Shown here piece by piece: positions 34,825 through 44,799 of a DNA stretch of 64,000 bases. Under the pieces are notes generated by a model that saw nothing but the letters and a program-made list of their open reading frames with translations, did no database searches and was not told the origin of the DNA. This stretch comes from Cyanobacteria bacterium J069 (GTDB lineage Bacteria > Cyanobacteriota > Cyanobacteriia > Elainellales > Elainellaceae). The translations under genes were made by a program, and so were the position numbers. Each line of letters starts with the position of its first letter. The stretch's first letter is position 1. Where the stretch lies: assembly GCA_003695655.1 (NCBI GenBank), contig RFIF01000414.1, positions 4,551 through 68,550 of the forward strand, written 5' to 3'.

Positions 34825-35315
34825 TTAGATTGAGAGCGAGTGCTACAGACTCACTCAAAAGCGGCACCTGGTGCTTTTAGCAGGGTTTTTCGCTGCCCCC
34901 TACAAGGGAGACGGTTGACCCTTTGGCAAGTTTAGAAATACGGGCGATCGCGCTTTGAGCCTTTTGTTTTCAGGCAATCTAGAACAAGTTTGATCCCCAG
35001 GTTTCTGTTAGCAAATAAGCAGCTTATTACGGCGATCGCCTCCAGTACGGTTATCCGTATTGCCCTTGGCAGGAAGATCCGTATTGCTCTTTCTGTAAAT
35101 TTTTCTTAGCCTTTATTCTAAGCCATTGAGCAAGGCTTAATCCCTCTTAGGAGGCGTAAACTTCTCAGATACATCTGGTACAGTTACATCACAAGACGAG
35201 ATTTTATGTTGACAGCCACTAGGAAGCATTTGCAGTAGATAAACTGAAAAGTGAATTGCAGTTCCGCTAAATTTTTTATGTTTCCCAATTCACATTTAAA
35301 GTTTAGAGGATCTAC

Positions 35316-35483
35316 ATGTCTCTGCATCATATCTCTGCATCTTTGTTGTCCTTGGATGGTGTCATGCTGGTAGCCAGTGCTGCTGACTCGCTTGCTCCCT
35401 GTATCAAAGCTTCCAATAATTCCGGCGAATTCCTTATAAATTCCTGCGAATTTCTAGACCGAAAGCTCGATGTGAGCGGCTAG
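35316..35483 (+). CDS. Candidate 55-aa small ORF upstream of the GT4 gene (below the ORF-track cut-off)
   Basis: AGAGGA 5 nt before ATG; reads MSLHHISASLLSLDGVMLVASAADSLAPCIKASNNSGEFLINSCEFLDRKLDVSG*. Confidence 0.3.
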   Translation: MSLHHISASLLSLDGVMLVASAADSLAPCIKASNNSGEFLINSCEFLDRKLDVSG

Positions 35484-35511
35484 CTATGTTCGTACAAAGG
35501 AGACACAAATA

Positions 35512-36591
35512 ATGCGTATTGCACAAATTGCTCCGCTTTGGGAAAGGGTTCCGCCACCCATGTATGGGGGCACTGAACTGGTTGTTAGTTTATTGACTGA
35601 TGAATTGGTCCGGCGGGGGCATGAAGTCACCCTATTCGCATCAGGTGATTCGGTGACGCTGGCAAATCTGGAACCAGTTGCTCCGCGTGCTTTGCGCCTG
35701 GATGATACGGTTAGGGAATATGGGATTTATGAGATGTTGGAAATGGCGCAGGTTTATGAACGTGCCCATGAGTTTGATGTGATTCATTCTCATGTCGGCT
35801 GCGTGGCGCTGCCCTATGTAAACCTGGTAAAAACGCCAACGGTTCATACCTTGCACGGCATCTTCACACCAGATAACGAGAAGATGTTTACCTATGCACG
35901 GCAGCAACCTTTTGTCAGCATTTCTCACACGCAGCGAGAACCGCGGCTTGGGCTGAACTATGTCGCGACGGTGTATAACGGCATCGATATTGAAAGTCAC
36001 AAGTTTCATCCAACGCCTGATGATCCACCCTACCTGGCATTTTTGGGACGGCTGTCAATCGAGAAGGGCACCCATCTAGCGATTGAGATTGCCAAGCGGA
36101 CTGGTTATCCCTTAAAGATTGCAGGCAAGATCGATGCGGTGGATCGGGAATACTATGAGCAGCAGATTAAGCCCCATATTGATGGAGAGCAAATTCAGTA
36201 TCTTGGCGAAGCCAACCATCATCAGAAAAATGCGCTGATGGGGGGAGCCGTTGCGACGCTGTTTCCGATTACTTGGCGAGAGCCGTTTGGTTTGGTGATG
36301 GTGGAATCGATGGCTGCTGGAACGCCTGTAGTTGCGATGGAGATGGGTTCAACCCCAGAGGTGATTGCACATGGCAAGACGGGATTCCTGTGTCGTTCTG
36401 TAGAGGAGTGTGTAGAGGCGATCGCCCAGGTGCCCCAGCTTGATCGCCACGCCTGTCGTGCTCATGTGCAAGCCCACTTCAGCGTTCAACGGATGACCGA
36501 TGGCTATGAGCAGGTCTATCGCCAACTGGTCGGCGATCGCCTGTCAGCCAACTCTGCTCTCTTCAGCCTGGCCCGCTACAGTCGCAATTAG
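35512..36591 (+). CDS. Glycosyltransferase family 4
   Basis: MRIAQIAPLWERVPP..YGGTE, LGRLSIEKG, WREPFGLVMVESMAAGTPV. Confidence 0.93.
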   Translation: MRIAQIAPLWERVPPPMYGGTELVVSLLTDELVRRGHEVTLFASGDSVTLANLEPVAPRALRLDDTVREYGIYEMLEMAQVYERAHEFDVIHSHVGCVALPYVNLVKTPTVHTLHGIFTPDNEKMFTYARQQPFVSISHTQREPRLGLNYVATVYNGIDIESHKFHPTPDDPPYLAFLGRLSIEKGTHLAIEIAKRTGYPLKIAGKIDAVDREYYEQQIKPHIDGEQIQYLGEANHHQKNALMGGAVATLFPITWREPFGLVMVESMAAGTPVVAMEMGSTPEVIAHGKTGFLCRSVEECVEAIAQVPQLDRHACRAHVQAHFSVQRMTDGYEQVYRQLVGDRLSANSALFSLARYSRN

Positions 36592-37202
36592 CAAAATCGC
36601 CTAAAAGCCTCATAAAAACTGTTGCTAAACTCCTCCCTGGGGCCGAAGCTGCAATTCTGAAACAATGAGAGGCTTATAGATCGTAACGATAGTTTGGTTG
36701 TAGCGACAGTTTATTGACTTGAGATGACTCAGGTAAGATGCAGCGGGGTAGAGCTTTTCGGGCTTTTGTCCGGGAAGCACGCTGCTGCCGCTGAAGTGAT
36801 CTAGGTGTTCCTCTCGATTGCGATTTTTAGAGTGTTCCCTCCAGCCAACAATCCTCTGTTGAAACCGACGCACCTGAGATTGACGCGCCTGCGCCCAGTG
36901 GCGGAGAGCAGCGCTTGGCATCGTGTTGTACGGCACTACCCGGCTCCACTAGTTCTTCTAGAATGTTTTTGGAGAAAAATTCAAAAAGCGGCATGTTCGA
37001 TACAGCATTGGGTGGCAGGGCCAGGCACGATCAAGGGGCATAACCTGTGGAAAGTGAACAATTCTGCTCGTTTTGTCTGTTTGCATCTGTTCTGTTTACA
37101 ACTGAGGTCAATTCAGCCGGACAGAAGGTGTTCCACTGTCCTTGTGAGAAGTTTGGCTTGGCTGTGGAGTCCGGTACGATATCAAAGTCTACGAGGTTAG
37201 CA

Positions 37203-38591
37203 ATGTCCCAGACCCCTCCCGTATCCCAATCTCGTCATCCTAGAGCGACGTTTGCGGCTGGTCCCCAACGCCAAGCGATCGCCCTGATTCTGGTACACAA
37301 CGACCCTGCCCTCGAGTTTCAGCGCGAAGAAGCCAGCGGCAGCCGGGTTTACGTTCGCCAGCTCAGTGAGGCCCTGGCCAAGCTAGGTTGGCAAGTGGAC
37401 GTGTTTACTCGCAAGACCAATCCCGATGATCCCGCCATTGTGCAGCATTCGCCGCACTGTCGCACCATCCGCCTGGTAGCCGGCCCGCAGGAGTTTATCC
37501 CGCGCGATCGCCTGCTGGAGCACATGCCCGCCTTTGTGGAAGCGTTCCGCAAGTTTCAAACCAAAGACGGATTCCATTATCCGCTGGTTCACACTCACTA
37601 TTGGCTCGCTGGCTGGGTGGGGCTGCAACTGAAGCAAGAAAGCAACATTCAACTGTTGCACACCTATCATTCGCTGGCGGCAGTGAAGTATGCAGGCATG
37701 GCCCAAAAGCCGCCCGTTGCGGATCATCGCCTAGCCGTTGAACGGCACACCCTTGTCGGCGCAAACTGCGTCGTAGCGACTAGCCCGCAAGAGCAGGAAA
37801 CCTTGCGAGAACTGGTCGCGACACCGGGAAACGTGCAAATTATCCCCGGCGGCACCGATTTGGACGTGTTCCATCAAATGTCTCGCAGTGAAGCCCGCTC
37901 GGCGCTGAGTCTCTCGCCCTCGGAAAGCGTCGTGCTGCATGTGGGCCGGTTTGACCCCCGCAAAGGCATCGAAACGCTGGTGCGAGCCTGTGCCCAAGTT
38001 CAACATCTAGAAGCCCTGGCGCAAAAACCTCTACGCCTGCTGCTGGTGGGGGCGGCCGATGATGCCGATAGTCTGGCGGAGCGCGATCGCATCCAGTCTC
38101 TAGTGGCAGAACTGGGACTAAATGTAATTACGGAATTTGTGGGGCAAGTCGGGCATGATCGCCTGCCGCTGTACTACACTGCTGCCGATGTTTGCGTGGT
38201 GCCCAGCCAGTTTGAACCCTTTGGTCTGGTGGCGCTGGAGTCGATGGCTTGCGGCACGCCCGTGGTGGCCTCCGATGTGGGCGGGCTGCGGTTTGCCGTG
38301 GTGCCCGAAGAAACTGGGCTGCTGGTGGCTCCGCAAGATGTGGACGGGTTTGCCGGGGCGATCGCCCGCATCCTTAGCGATGACCTGTGGGCCTATCGTC
38401 TGCGCCGTCAGGCTTCTCTGCGCGTCCAGCAAAACTTTAGCTGGGGCGCTGTGGCGGCTCGCCTGAGCGACCTCTATCGTCGGCTGTTGGCCCAATCGCT
38501 AACAGGTGATTTATTAGCGGCTCCTTTGCCCCAAAGCGATGCAGCTCTGCCGAGCCAGCCAATCGAGCAACCGCTGATCAACGTGTCTTGA
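37203..38591 (+). CDS. GT4 glycosyltransferase resembling unidomain sucrose-phosphate synthase / MshA
   Basis: GWQVDVFTR, CRTIRLVAGP, HTHYW, HTYHSL, GRFDPRKG, EPFGLVALE; ATG at 37203 follows GAGG. Confidence 0.85.
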   Translation: MSQTPPVSQSRHPRATFAAGPQRQAIALILVHNDPALEFQREEASGSRVYVRQLSEALAKLGWQVDVFTRKTNPDDPAIVQHSPHCRTIRLVAGPQEFIPRDRLLEHMPAFVEAFRKFQTKDGFHYPLVHTHYWLAGWVGLQLKQESNIQLLHTYHSLAAVKYAGMAQKPPVADHRLAVERHTLVGANCVVATSPQEQETLRELVATPGNVQIIPGGTDLDVFHQMSRSEARSALSLSPSESVVLHVGRFDPRKGIETLVRACAQVQHLEALAQKPLRLLLVGAADDADSLAERDRIQSLVAELGLNVITEFVGQVGHDRLPLYYTAADVCVVPSQFEPFGLVALESMACGTPVVASDVGGLRFAVVPEETGLLVAPQDVDGFAGAIARILSDDLWAYRLRRQASLRVQQNFSWGAVAARLSDLYRRLLAQSLTGDLLAAPLPQSDAALPSQPIEQPLINVS

Positions 38592-38632
38592 ATCTCAGCA
38601 ATCTTTAGCTGCTTTAAAAAAGCATGAAAACT

Positions 38633-38664
38633 AAGAGTGCAAATCCAATTTGCACTCTTTTTTT
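38633..38664 (+). terminator. Intrinsic terminator
   Basis: AAGAGTGCAAAT-CCA-ATTTGCACTCTT followed by a T tract. Confidence 0.75.
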
Positions 38665-39330
38665 GTGAATCCCATCCGAATTGTGCGTTAGTTCAGGCTG
38701 ATTTTCCAGGTTTTCTGATGCAGATTTGGTGATGCAGAACTGAGGGTGATCTTGAGCCACCTTTATAGGGTTTCATGCTCCCAAGACAGCGTTTGAACCC
38801 GGCAAAACCGTGATTCAAAAAGAGTCAAACATGAGCGAAATAACTATCTCAAAATTTTTTACGATTAATTCAGCCTAACTTTAAACGAGTCGTGGCACAC
38901 TGAAGCGAGTGCCTAACGCTATTTTCTAGCAACCGACCCAGGGATGATTTTGCCAATAAATATTAGCTCCATCTGAGCTTTATTCTGAGCTTTATAAAGT
39001 CGCCTTGCGCCAGATGTAGCGGATGTAGCTTAGCGCACAAGAGGACATCTCAATCTGGAATCCGGTCTGAGACAGTTCTTAAAATATTCGCTGATTATTG
39101 ACCTGTCAAAAATCAGTGCTCAATTTCCTGAGGCTGTGGATTGGTCTTGAGATGCAACTTATTTAGCATCTTGAGCATCGGGCTGGTGCGCGCCGCGCTG
39201 ATTCCTGTGTCTGAGTTTTTACTGTCCGCCCCTGATTCATCAATCCTGATTGATGAATCAAGTGATTAACTTAGCGTTTTCTTTTCCAAGCATTTTCCTT
39301 TGCCAAACCGCAGTCTCGCCTCCAGAAGCC

Positions 39331-41592
39331 ATGCCCGACATGATTGAACTTGACGGACGCACGTTTATGCCCGCTAGCCAGTCCCCAGGGGCTGAGTGGG
39401 CGTGTGTAGCCAGCGATCGCCCCCAGCCGACTCTGACGCTAAAGGATGACGACCTATTTTTAATTATTGACACGCTGGGCAATATTTCCAGCCGATTAGA
39501 CGACAGCACCGTCGCTAGTTTGGGGCTATTTTGCCGAGACACTCGGTTTCTCAGCCGCCTGGAACTGCAAATTGCAGGGCGATCGCCCGTGTTGCTCAGC
39601 AGCAGCGCCACCAAGGGATTTGCCTTCTCTGCCCTCTGCACCAATCCGCTGATTGACGACAGCCTGCCGGCCGATACCCTCGGCATCCACCGAGAAATGG
39701 TGCTCAACGGCGGCCTGTTTGAAGAGCTGACCCTGACCAACTACAGCACGTCCCCCGTGCGGTTCGAGCTGAGCCTTAGCTTTGATGCCGATTTTCTGGA
39801 TCTGTTTGAAATCCGGGGGTTTCAGCGGGGCGAGCGGGGGCAACTGCTGCGCCAGGTGACGCCAACCACGGGTGTTGCAGAGTCCGACGATGAGCCGTCC
39901 CGCTTTGTACCGAGTTCCCTGCCTGACCCCGCCGAACTGACGCTGGCTTATCAAGGGCGAGACGGGCTGCTTGCGGAGTCTCACATCCAGTTTTCGCACC
40001 AGCGCCCCCATTTTCTCAAGGGCTACACCGCTGTCTGGTATTTGGCTCTTGCCCCCCACCAGACTGCCCAGATCGGCTATCGGTTGGAAATGCGGATGAA
40101 CGGTCGCCATGTGTCTACCGTTAGCCCACCGACGACGCTGGTGCAGGCCAAAGCTGCTGAGCAAATGGAGGAACATGAGTGGCAGTCCGCCACCACCCGC
40201 ATCCGCACCGACAACAAAGACATTAACCAAATTCTGGAGCGGGCTGAGCAAGATGTCTATTTGCTGCGGCAGACCTTTGAGCAGGGCAAGGCTCTGTCGG
40301 CCGGGGTGCCCTGGTTTTCTACGCTGTTTGGGCGCGACTCAATTATTGCGGCGATGCAGACGCTAATTCTCGACCCGGCGATCGCCCGCGAAACCCTGAC
40401 GGTCTTGGCGCACTATCAGGGCAAAGCCGACGACGACTGGCGCGACGAAGCCCCCGGCAAAATCCTCCATGAGCTGCGCTTTGGAGAACTCGCCCGCTGC
40501 CAGGAAATTCCCCACACGCCCTACTACGGCACGGTGGACGCAACGCCGCTGTGGCTGCTGCTCTACGCCGACTACTATGCCTGGACGCATGATCAAGCCA
40601 CGCTCGATCGCCTCTGGCCCAACGCCCTCGCCGCCATGGACTGGATCGATCGGTCTTGCCGAGACACGGGATACCTCAGCTATAACCGGCGATCGCGGCG
40701 GGGCTTGCCCAACCAGGGCTGGAAAGATTCCGACACCTGCATCGTCGATCGCCAAGGCAAAATGGCACAGGGGGCGATCGCCCTGTGTGAAGTGCAGGCC
40801 TATGTCTACGCTGCCAAGCTGCGCCTCAGCGACATCGCCCGTCTCTACAAGCGATTTGATCTGGCCGATCGCTGGCAAGCCGAAGCGCAGGATCTTAAAA
40901 CCCGGTTTAATCAAGACTTTTGGATCAAAGATTTGGACTTTTGCGCGCTGGCGCTTGATGGCGAGGGCAGACCCGTTGATAGCATCACCTCCAACCCCGG
41001 ACACTGCCTGGGGCTGGGCATTTTTGACCCGCAGAGGGCGCACAGCGTCGCCGAACGCCTGCAAGCTCCCGACCTGTTTAGCGGTTGGGGCATCCGCACC
41101 CTCAGCAGCCTGTCGCCCGCCTATAACCCGATGGGCTACCATGTCGGCTCGGTCTGGCCCCACGACAATGGGCTGATTGCCGTCGGACTGCGATCGCTCG
41201 GATTCACCAACGCCGCCCTGGAAGTCACTCAGGGCTTGCTCGACATGACTTTGCAGCAGCCCTACTGCCGCCCGCCCGAACTCTTTTGTGGCTATGAACG
41301 CACCCCCGGCACTGCCCCTGTGCAATATCCGGTCGCCTGTTCTCCCCAGGCCTGGGCCACGGGCACGGTCTTTCACCTGGTGCAATTGATGATTAATCCC
41401 ATCCCCAACGCCCCAGGCAACCACCTCCGCATCATCGAACCGGCCCTGCCCGACTCGATGCACCAGCTCTCACTGCAAAACTTGCGGATCGGCAGCACTC
41501 TCCTCGATCTGGAGTTTGAGCGCGTGGGCAGCACCACCGCCTGCCGCGTCGTCAAAAAACGGGGTAACTTGCGCGTGGTGATTGAGGCGTAA
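39331..41592 (+). CDS. Amylo-alpha-1,6-glucosidase (glycogen debranching-like)
   Basis: DTRFLS, AGVPWFSTLFGRDS, PGKILHE, NQGWKDS, YHVGSVWPHD, CSPQAW; start uncertain (39250-39340). Confidence 0.92.
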   Translation: MPDMIELDGRTFMPASQSPGAEWACVASDRPQPTLTLKDDDLFLIIDTLGNISSRLDDSTVASLGLFCRDTRFLSRLELQIAGRSPVLLSSSATKGFAFSALCTNPLIDDSLPADTLGIHREMVLNGGLFEELTLTNYSTSPVRFELSLSFDADFLDLFEIRGFQRGERGQLLRQVTPTTGVAESDDEPSRFVPSSLPDPAELTLAYQGRDGLLAESHIQFSHQRPHFLKGYTAVWYLALAPHQTAQIGYRLEMRMNGRHVSTVSPPTTLVQAKAAEQMEEHEWQSATTRIRTDNKDINQILERAEQDVYLLRQTFEQGKALSAGVPWFSTLFGRDSIIAAMQTLILDPAIARETLTVLAHYQGKADDDWRDEAPGKILHELRFGELARCQEIPHTPYYGTVDATPLWLLLYADYYAWTHDQATLDRLWPNALAAMDWIDRSCRDTGYLSYNRRSRRGLPNQGWKDSDTCIVDRQGKMAQGAIALCEVQAYVYAAKLRLSDIARLYKRFDLADRWQAEAQDLKTRFNQDFWIKDLDFCALALDGEGRPVDSITSNPGHCLGLGIFDPQRAHSVAERLQAPDLFSGWGIRTLSSLSPAYNPMGYHVGSVWPHDNGLIAVGLRSLGFTNAALEVTQGLLDMTLQQPYCRPPELFCGYERTPGTAPVQYPVACSPQAWATGTVFHLVQLMINPIPNAPGNHLRIIEPALPDSMHQLSLQNLRIGSTLLDLEFERVGSTTACRVVKKRGNLRVVIEA

Positions 41593-41676
41593 GGGGGAGA
41601 GAGAGGGAGAGGGAGGGAGGGAGAGAGAGGGAGAGCGGGCAACTACTTTGTCACTCCGTCACTCCGTCACTCCCCC
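41591..41676. repeat. Purine-only tract plus octamer tandem repeat (TCACTCCG) between convergent genes
   Basis: 45 nt of only A/G (41591-41635), then TCACTCCG-TCACTCCG-TCACTCCC. Confidence 0.7.
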
Positions 41677-42448
41677 GCCTCACCGCCCAGTACACTGCTT
41701 CCAAAAACTCATCCGAGTTCAGTCCTGCCGGTAACTCCTCAAGCTGAATGCGCGATCGCACTTGGCGGGCCAGTTGCAAGCTGAGGTCGTGGCGGGCTTT
41801 GCGGGTCATGTCTGGGCGGCGACCCAGGTATTCGCGGATGACGGCCACATCGTCAGGATGAAGATTTTCTAAGTTGGACTGCGTGGGCAGCCAGTCTCCT
41901 AATTTCTGGGCGCGGTCGGATGGGGTCATGGCAGGCTTAGTGCGGCTGCGGTTTTCCTGCACCACCAGCGTGCCCGCTACCCAGTCGCCAATGCGCTTTT
42001 CCCGTTTGCCAAAGAGGATGAATAACGCTCCCATGAAAAAGAAGTCGTCGATCGGGCGCAGGAGCGATCGCAGTCCTGCCTGGGTCAGTCCAATTGGTCG
42101 GCCGTCGTCGCGGATGACGCGAATTTTGGCGACGCGCTTGCCCGGCGTTTGCCCCTGCCAATAGACCTCAAAACCCACGAAATAGCCCGCATAGATGACA
42201 AACGTGCCTAACACAAACAGCGCCAGTAGCCAGGGCGGCAAAGCGCTGTAGTTGCCACCAAGCTGGCTGAGATACGCCATCAGCCGAGTCGAGAGAAACA
42301 CCCACAGGAGGGAAAACGCCACCAGCGACAGCGCCACAATGTGATAGTCGATCAGCAGCGCCAGCGCCCGATTGCCAATGCCCGCCAGCGAAAACTCTAG
42401 CTCGACGCTTTCGGGAGTGTTGAGGTTAACCCGGTTTAAAAAGCGCAT
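41651..42448 (-). CDS. RDD-family membrane protein
   Basis: TPESVELEF.LAGIGNRALALLID, GQTPGKR, RIGDWVAGT. Confidence 0.92.
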   Translation of the reverse strand: MRFLNRVNLNTPESVELEFSLAGIGNRALALLIDYHIVALSLVAFSLLWVFLSTRLMAYLSQLGGNYSALPPWLLALFVLGTFVIYAGYFVGFEVYWQGQTPGKRVAKIRVIRDDGRPIGLTQAGLRSLLRPIDDFFFMGALFILFGKREKRIGDWVAGTLVVQENRSRTKPAMTPSDRAQKLGDWLPTQSNLENLHPDDVAVIREYLGRRPDMTRKARHDLSLQLARQVRSRIQLEELPAGLNSDEFLEAVYWAVRRGSDGVTE

Positions 42449-42486
42449 GGCGGTTAGGCGAAAATAGGAACTCTCAGGCAGAAACT

Positions 42487-43524
42487 CTAGGCAGAAGGGT
42501 CAGAATCTTGTAAGTCAGCAGATCCAAACTCAGATTCGTCGAGCGGGGGGTTGCTCAGTTGTAGCCCCATCCCCTCGCGACGACGGCGCAAGTCATAATA
42601 AACCACTGCTTTGATGGATTGCCAGAGCGGCAGGGGAAAAATGCCCAGCAGCAGGCTGATCAGGAAACTACTGCCGACCGTCAGGACACTGTAGAGGGGA
42701 GACGTTTCGGGATAAAAGCGGGCGATCGCCTCTTGCGCCAGCCCCAAAACTAGCTGAATTACCAGTTGCAGCGGGATCGTGGCAATCCACGTCACCAGCA
42801 AAATCAAGAAAATTCGCCCGACGTTTTTGTCTGTTAGCTCCCAACTGCGCCCTAGCGATTGCGTCGCCGTTAGCCCTGGCTCGACCGCCAGCGGCACCTC
42901 GGGAATGGCAAACCGAATGCTAAACCACGTCAGCACCCAAATCAACAGCCCAATAACTCCCAAAAATACGAGAAATGCCAGAATCAGCAGACCCGGATTT
43001 ACCAGGGCCGCCGACTGGGGGTTGAGCAAAAACTCGGTGCCGCCAACAAAGGCAAACACCAGCGCCACGACAATCGCCGCCACTAAATAGAACCCCAGCG
43101 TCACGAGGATTCCTAGCCCAAATAGCAGCACGCTTGCCACCAAAAACCGCCACTGGCGGGCGCGGGTAAAGCGATAGGCCGTGTCTACGGTTTCTGGCTG
43201 CTGGGTGAGTTCGGCATAGCCCAGTCGAGCGATCGCCGCCGACAGGGCATAGGCCCGAGCCGAGCAAAACGCCATCAGCACAATCCATGCCGGAATCACC
43301 AGCCCCAGCGTTGTTAAATAGCGTTGCGTGCTGATATAGAACACGCCGAGGGCGATCGCCAAAATAATCGGCAGCAGCACCCACAGCGTAGACATCGCCG
43401 CCAGTCGCAAATAAGGCTTTAGCTTGGCTCCATACAGCCGAAAGCCCACATTCACGGCATTCCCAATGGTGAGCGGCTGGGTCAAGTCAGGAGAGTTTGG
43501 GCCGGAGCTAGGGCTAGAGGTCAT
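42487..43524 (-). CDS. Multi-pass membrane protein of the type found with RDD/SpoIIM loci
   Basis: PLTIGN start, several TM segments, SLGRSWELT, YYDLRRRREG; ATG at 43524. Confidence 0.8.
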   Translation of the reverse strand: MTSSPSSGPNSPDLTQPLTIGNAVNVGFRLYGAKLKPYLRLAAMSTLWVLLPIILAIALGVFYISTQRYLTTLGLVIPAWIVLMAFCSARAYALSAAIARLGYAELTQQPETVDTAYRFTRARQWRFLVASVLLFGLGILVTLGFYLVAAIVVALVFAFVGGTEFLLNPQSAALVNPGLLILAFLVFLGVIGLLIWVLTWFSIRFAIPEVPLAVEPGLTATQSLGRSWELTDKNVGRIFLILLVTWIATIPLQLVIQLVLGLAQEAIARFYPETSPLYSVLTVGSSFLISLLLGIFPLPLWQSIKAVVYYDLRRRREGMGLQLSNPPLDESEFGSADLQDSDPSA

Positions 43525-43731
43525 AAAATCGAAAAAGGCTGGCAAGCAGCCCACCAGAGCGCAAAGGACTGATGCTATCGTAGACTACGCATCGATAGAG
43601 TTTCACTTTTCTCGCTTAGAGGCGTGATACATCGTCACATAGCAGGGGTTGGGGGTTGTTGCTCCGCAACGCTAACGCGAGACGGGGTTAGAGGTTACGA
43701 CAAGCCGCAACCAGTCCTCACTCGTTTCTTG

Positions 43732-43785
43732 CTCCATCACTCCGTCACCCCATTACTCCGTCACTCCGTCACCCCCTCCTCCCCC
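43732..43785 (+). repeat. Octamer STRR array (CTCC[AG]TCA)
   Basis: CTCCATCA-CTCCGTCA-CCCCATTA-CTCCGTCA-CTCCGTCA-CCCCCTCC, ending at the SpoIIM start. Confidence 0.75.
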
Positions 43786-43786
43786 A

Positions 43787-44740
43787 ATGGACTTTCGCCG
43801 CTGGACTGCCCGCCGAGAACCAAGCTGGAGCGAACTCGACCGACTGCTACAACAGGCCGAGCGGCGCGGGCTAAAGTCTTTGACAGCGACAGAAATTCAT
43901 CAGCTTGCTAGCCTTTATCGAGCCGTGTCGGGCGACCTGGCTCGCGCTCAGCACATCAGCCCCCACCTGACTCAAGAGCTGCAAGCCCTCACGACTCGGG
44001 GCTATGCCCAGGTCTATCAAGGGCTGCGGCGACAAGAGTGGCAGGCGGTGCGCCAGTTTTATCTATCGGGGTTTCCGGCGGTGGTGCAGCAATGCGCGGG
44101 CTACATTGCCGTTGCCACTGGGCTGTTTGTGCTGGCGGGACTGATGGCCTGGTGGTATGCCTGGCGCGATCCCAGCTTTATTGACCTGATGGTGCCCGAT
44201 AGCATTATTCGCCAGGTGCGCGATCGCCAGGAGCTTTGGATGGGTTCGATTGTGGGTGTAGAACCCTACGCCGCCAGCAATATTATGGTGAATAATCTGA
44301 AGGTGTCTTTTGCCGCAGCGGCTGGTGGCATTACGGCAGGGCTGGCCACGGTCTATATTCTGCTGCTCAATGGGGTGAATATTGGGGCGATCGCCACGCT
44401 CGTTGGCCAAAACAATCTGGCGTTTCCCTTCTGGGCGTTTGTCTTTCCCCACGGCGCGCTGGAGCTGCCCGCCATTTTTCTAGCGGGAGCGGCAGGACTG
44501 CTGATCGCCCGCGCCTTGCTATTTCCTGGACGGTTGCGCCGGGTTGATGCGCTGAAATGCCACAGCACCCAGGCGGCTCAATTGATGTATGGCGTTGTGC
44601 CCCTGCTGGTGATTGCGGGTATCATCGAAGGCTTCTTCTCGCCCAATCCAGCCGTGCCCGACCTGCTGAAATATGTCGCTGGCACGGGTCTATTTGCAGC
44701 GCTCGTTTGGTATTGCAGACGTGAGGGAGGGATGGAGTGA
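43787..44740 (+). CDS. Stage II sporulation protein M (DUF95) family membrane protein
   Basis: LYRAVSGDLARA, IMVNNLKVSF, PHGALELPAI, AGIIEGFFS. Confidence 0.92.
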   Translation: MDFRRWTARREPSWSELDRLLQQAERRGLKSLTATEIHQLASLYRAVSGDLARAQHISPHLTQELQALTTRGYAQVYQGLRRQEWQAVRQFYLSGFPAVVQQCAGYIAVATGLFVLAGLMAWWYAWRDPSFIDLMVPDSIIRQVRDRQELWMGSIVGVEPYAASNIMVNNLKVSFAAAAGGITAGLATVYILLLNGVNIGAIATLVGQNNLAFPFWAFVFPHGALELPAIFLAGAAGLLIARALLFPGRLRRVDALKCHSTQAAQLMYGVVPLLVIAGIIEGFFSPNPAVPDLLKYVAGTGLFAALVWYCRREGGME

Positions 44741-44769
44741 GGGAGGGATGGAGTGTTGGAGTGATGGAG
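44721..44769 (-). repeat. Octamer STRR array, inverted relative to 43732-43785
   Basis: GTGAGGGAGGGATGGA x2, then GTGTTGGA-GTGATGGA. Confidence 0.7.
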
Positions 44770-44799
44770 CAAGCTGCCCCGTCACCTCGTCACCATCTC

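Noticed and set aside
36805-37202. 131-aa ORF and the 52-aa N-terminal extension of the second GT4
   Set aside because: No recognisable features; GT similarity starts after the ATG at 37203, which has an SD.
39258-41463. Long minus-strand ORFs (160, 241 and 366 aa)
   Set aside because: Antisense shadows of the GC-rich glucosidase gene, with no motifs.
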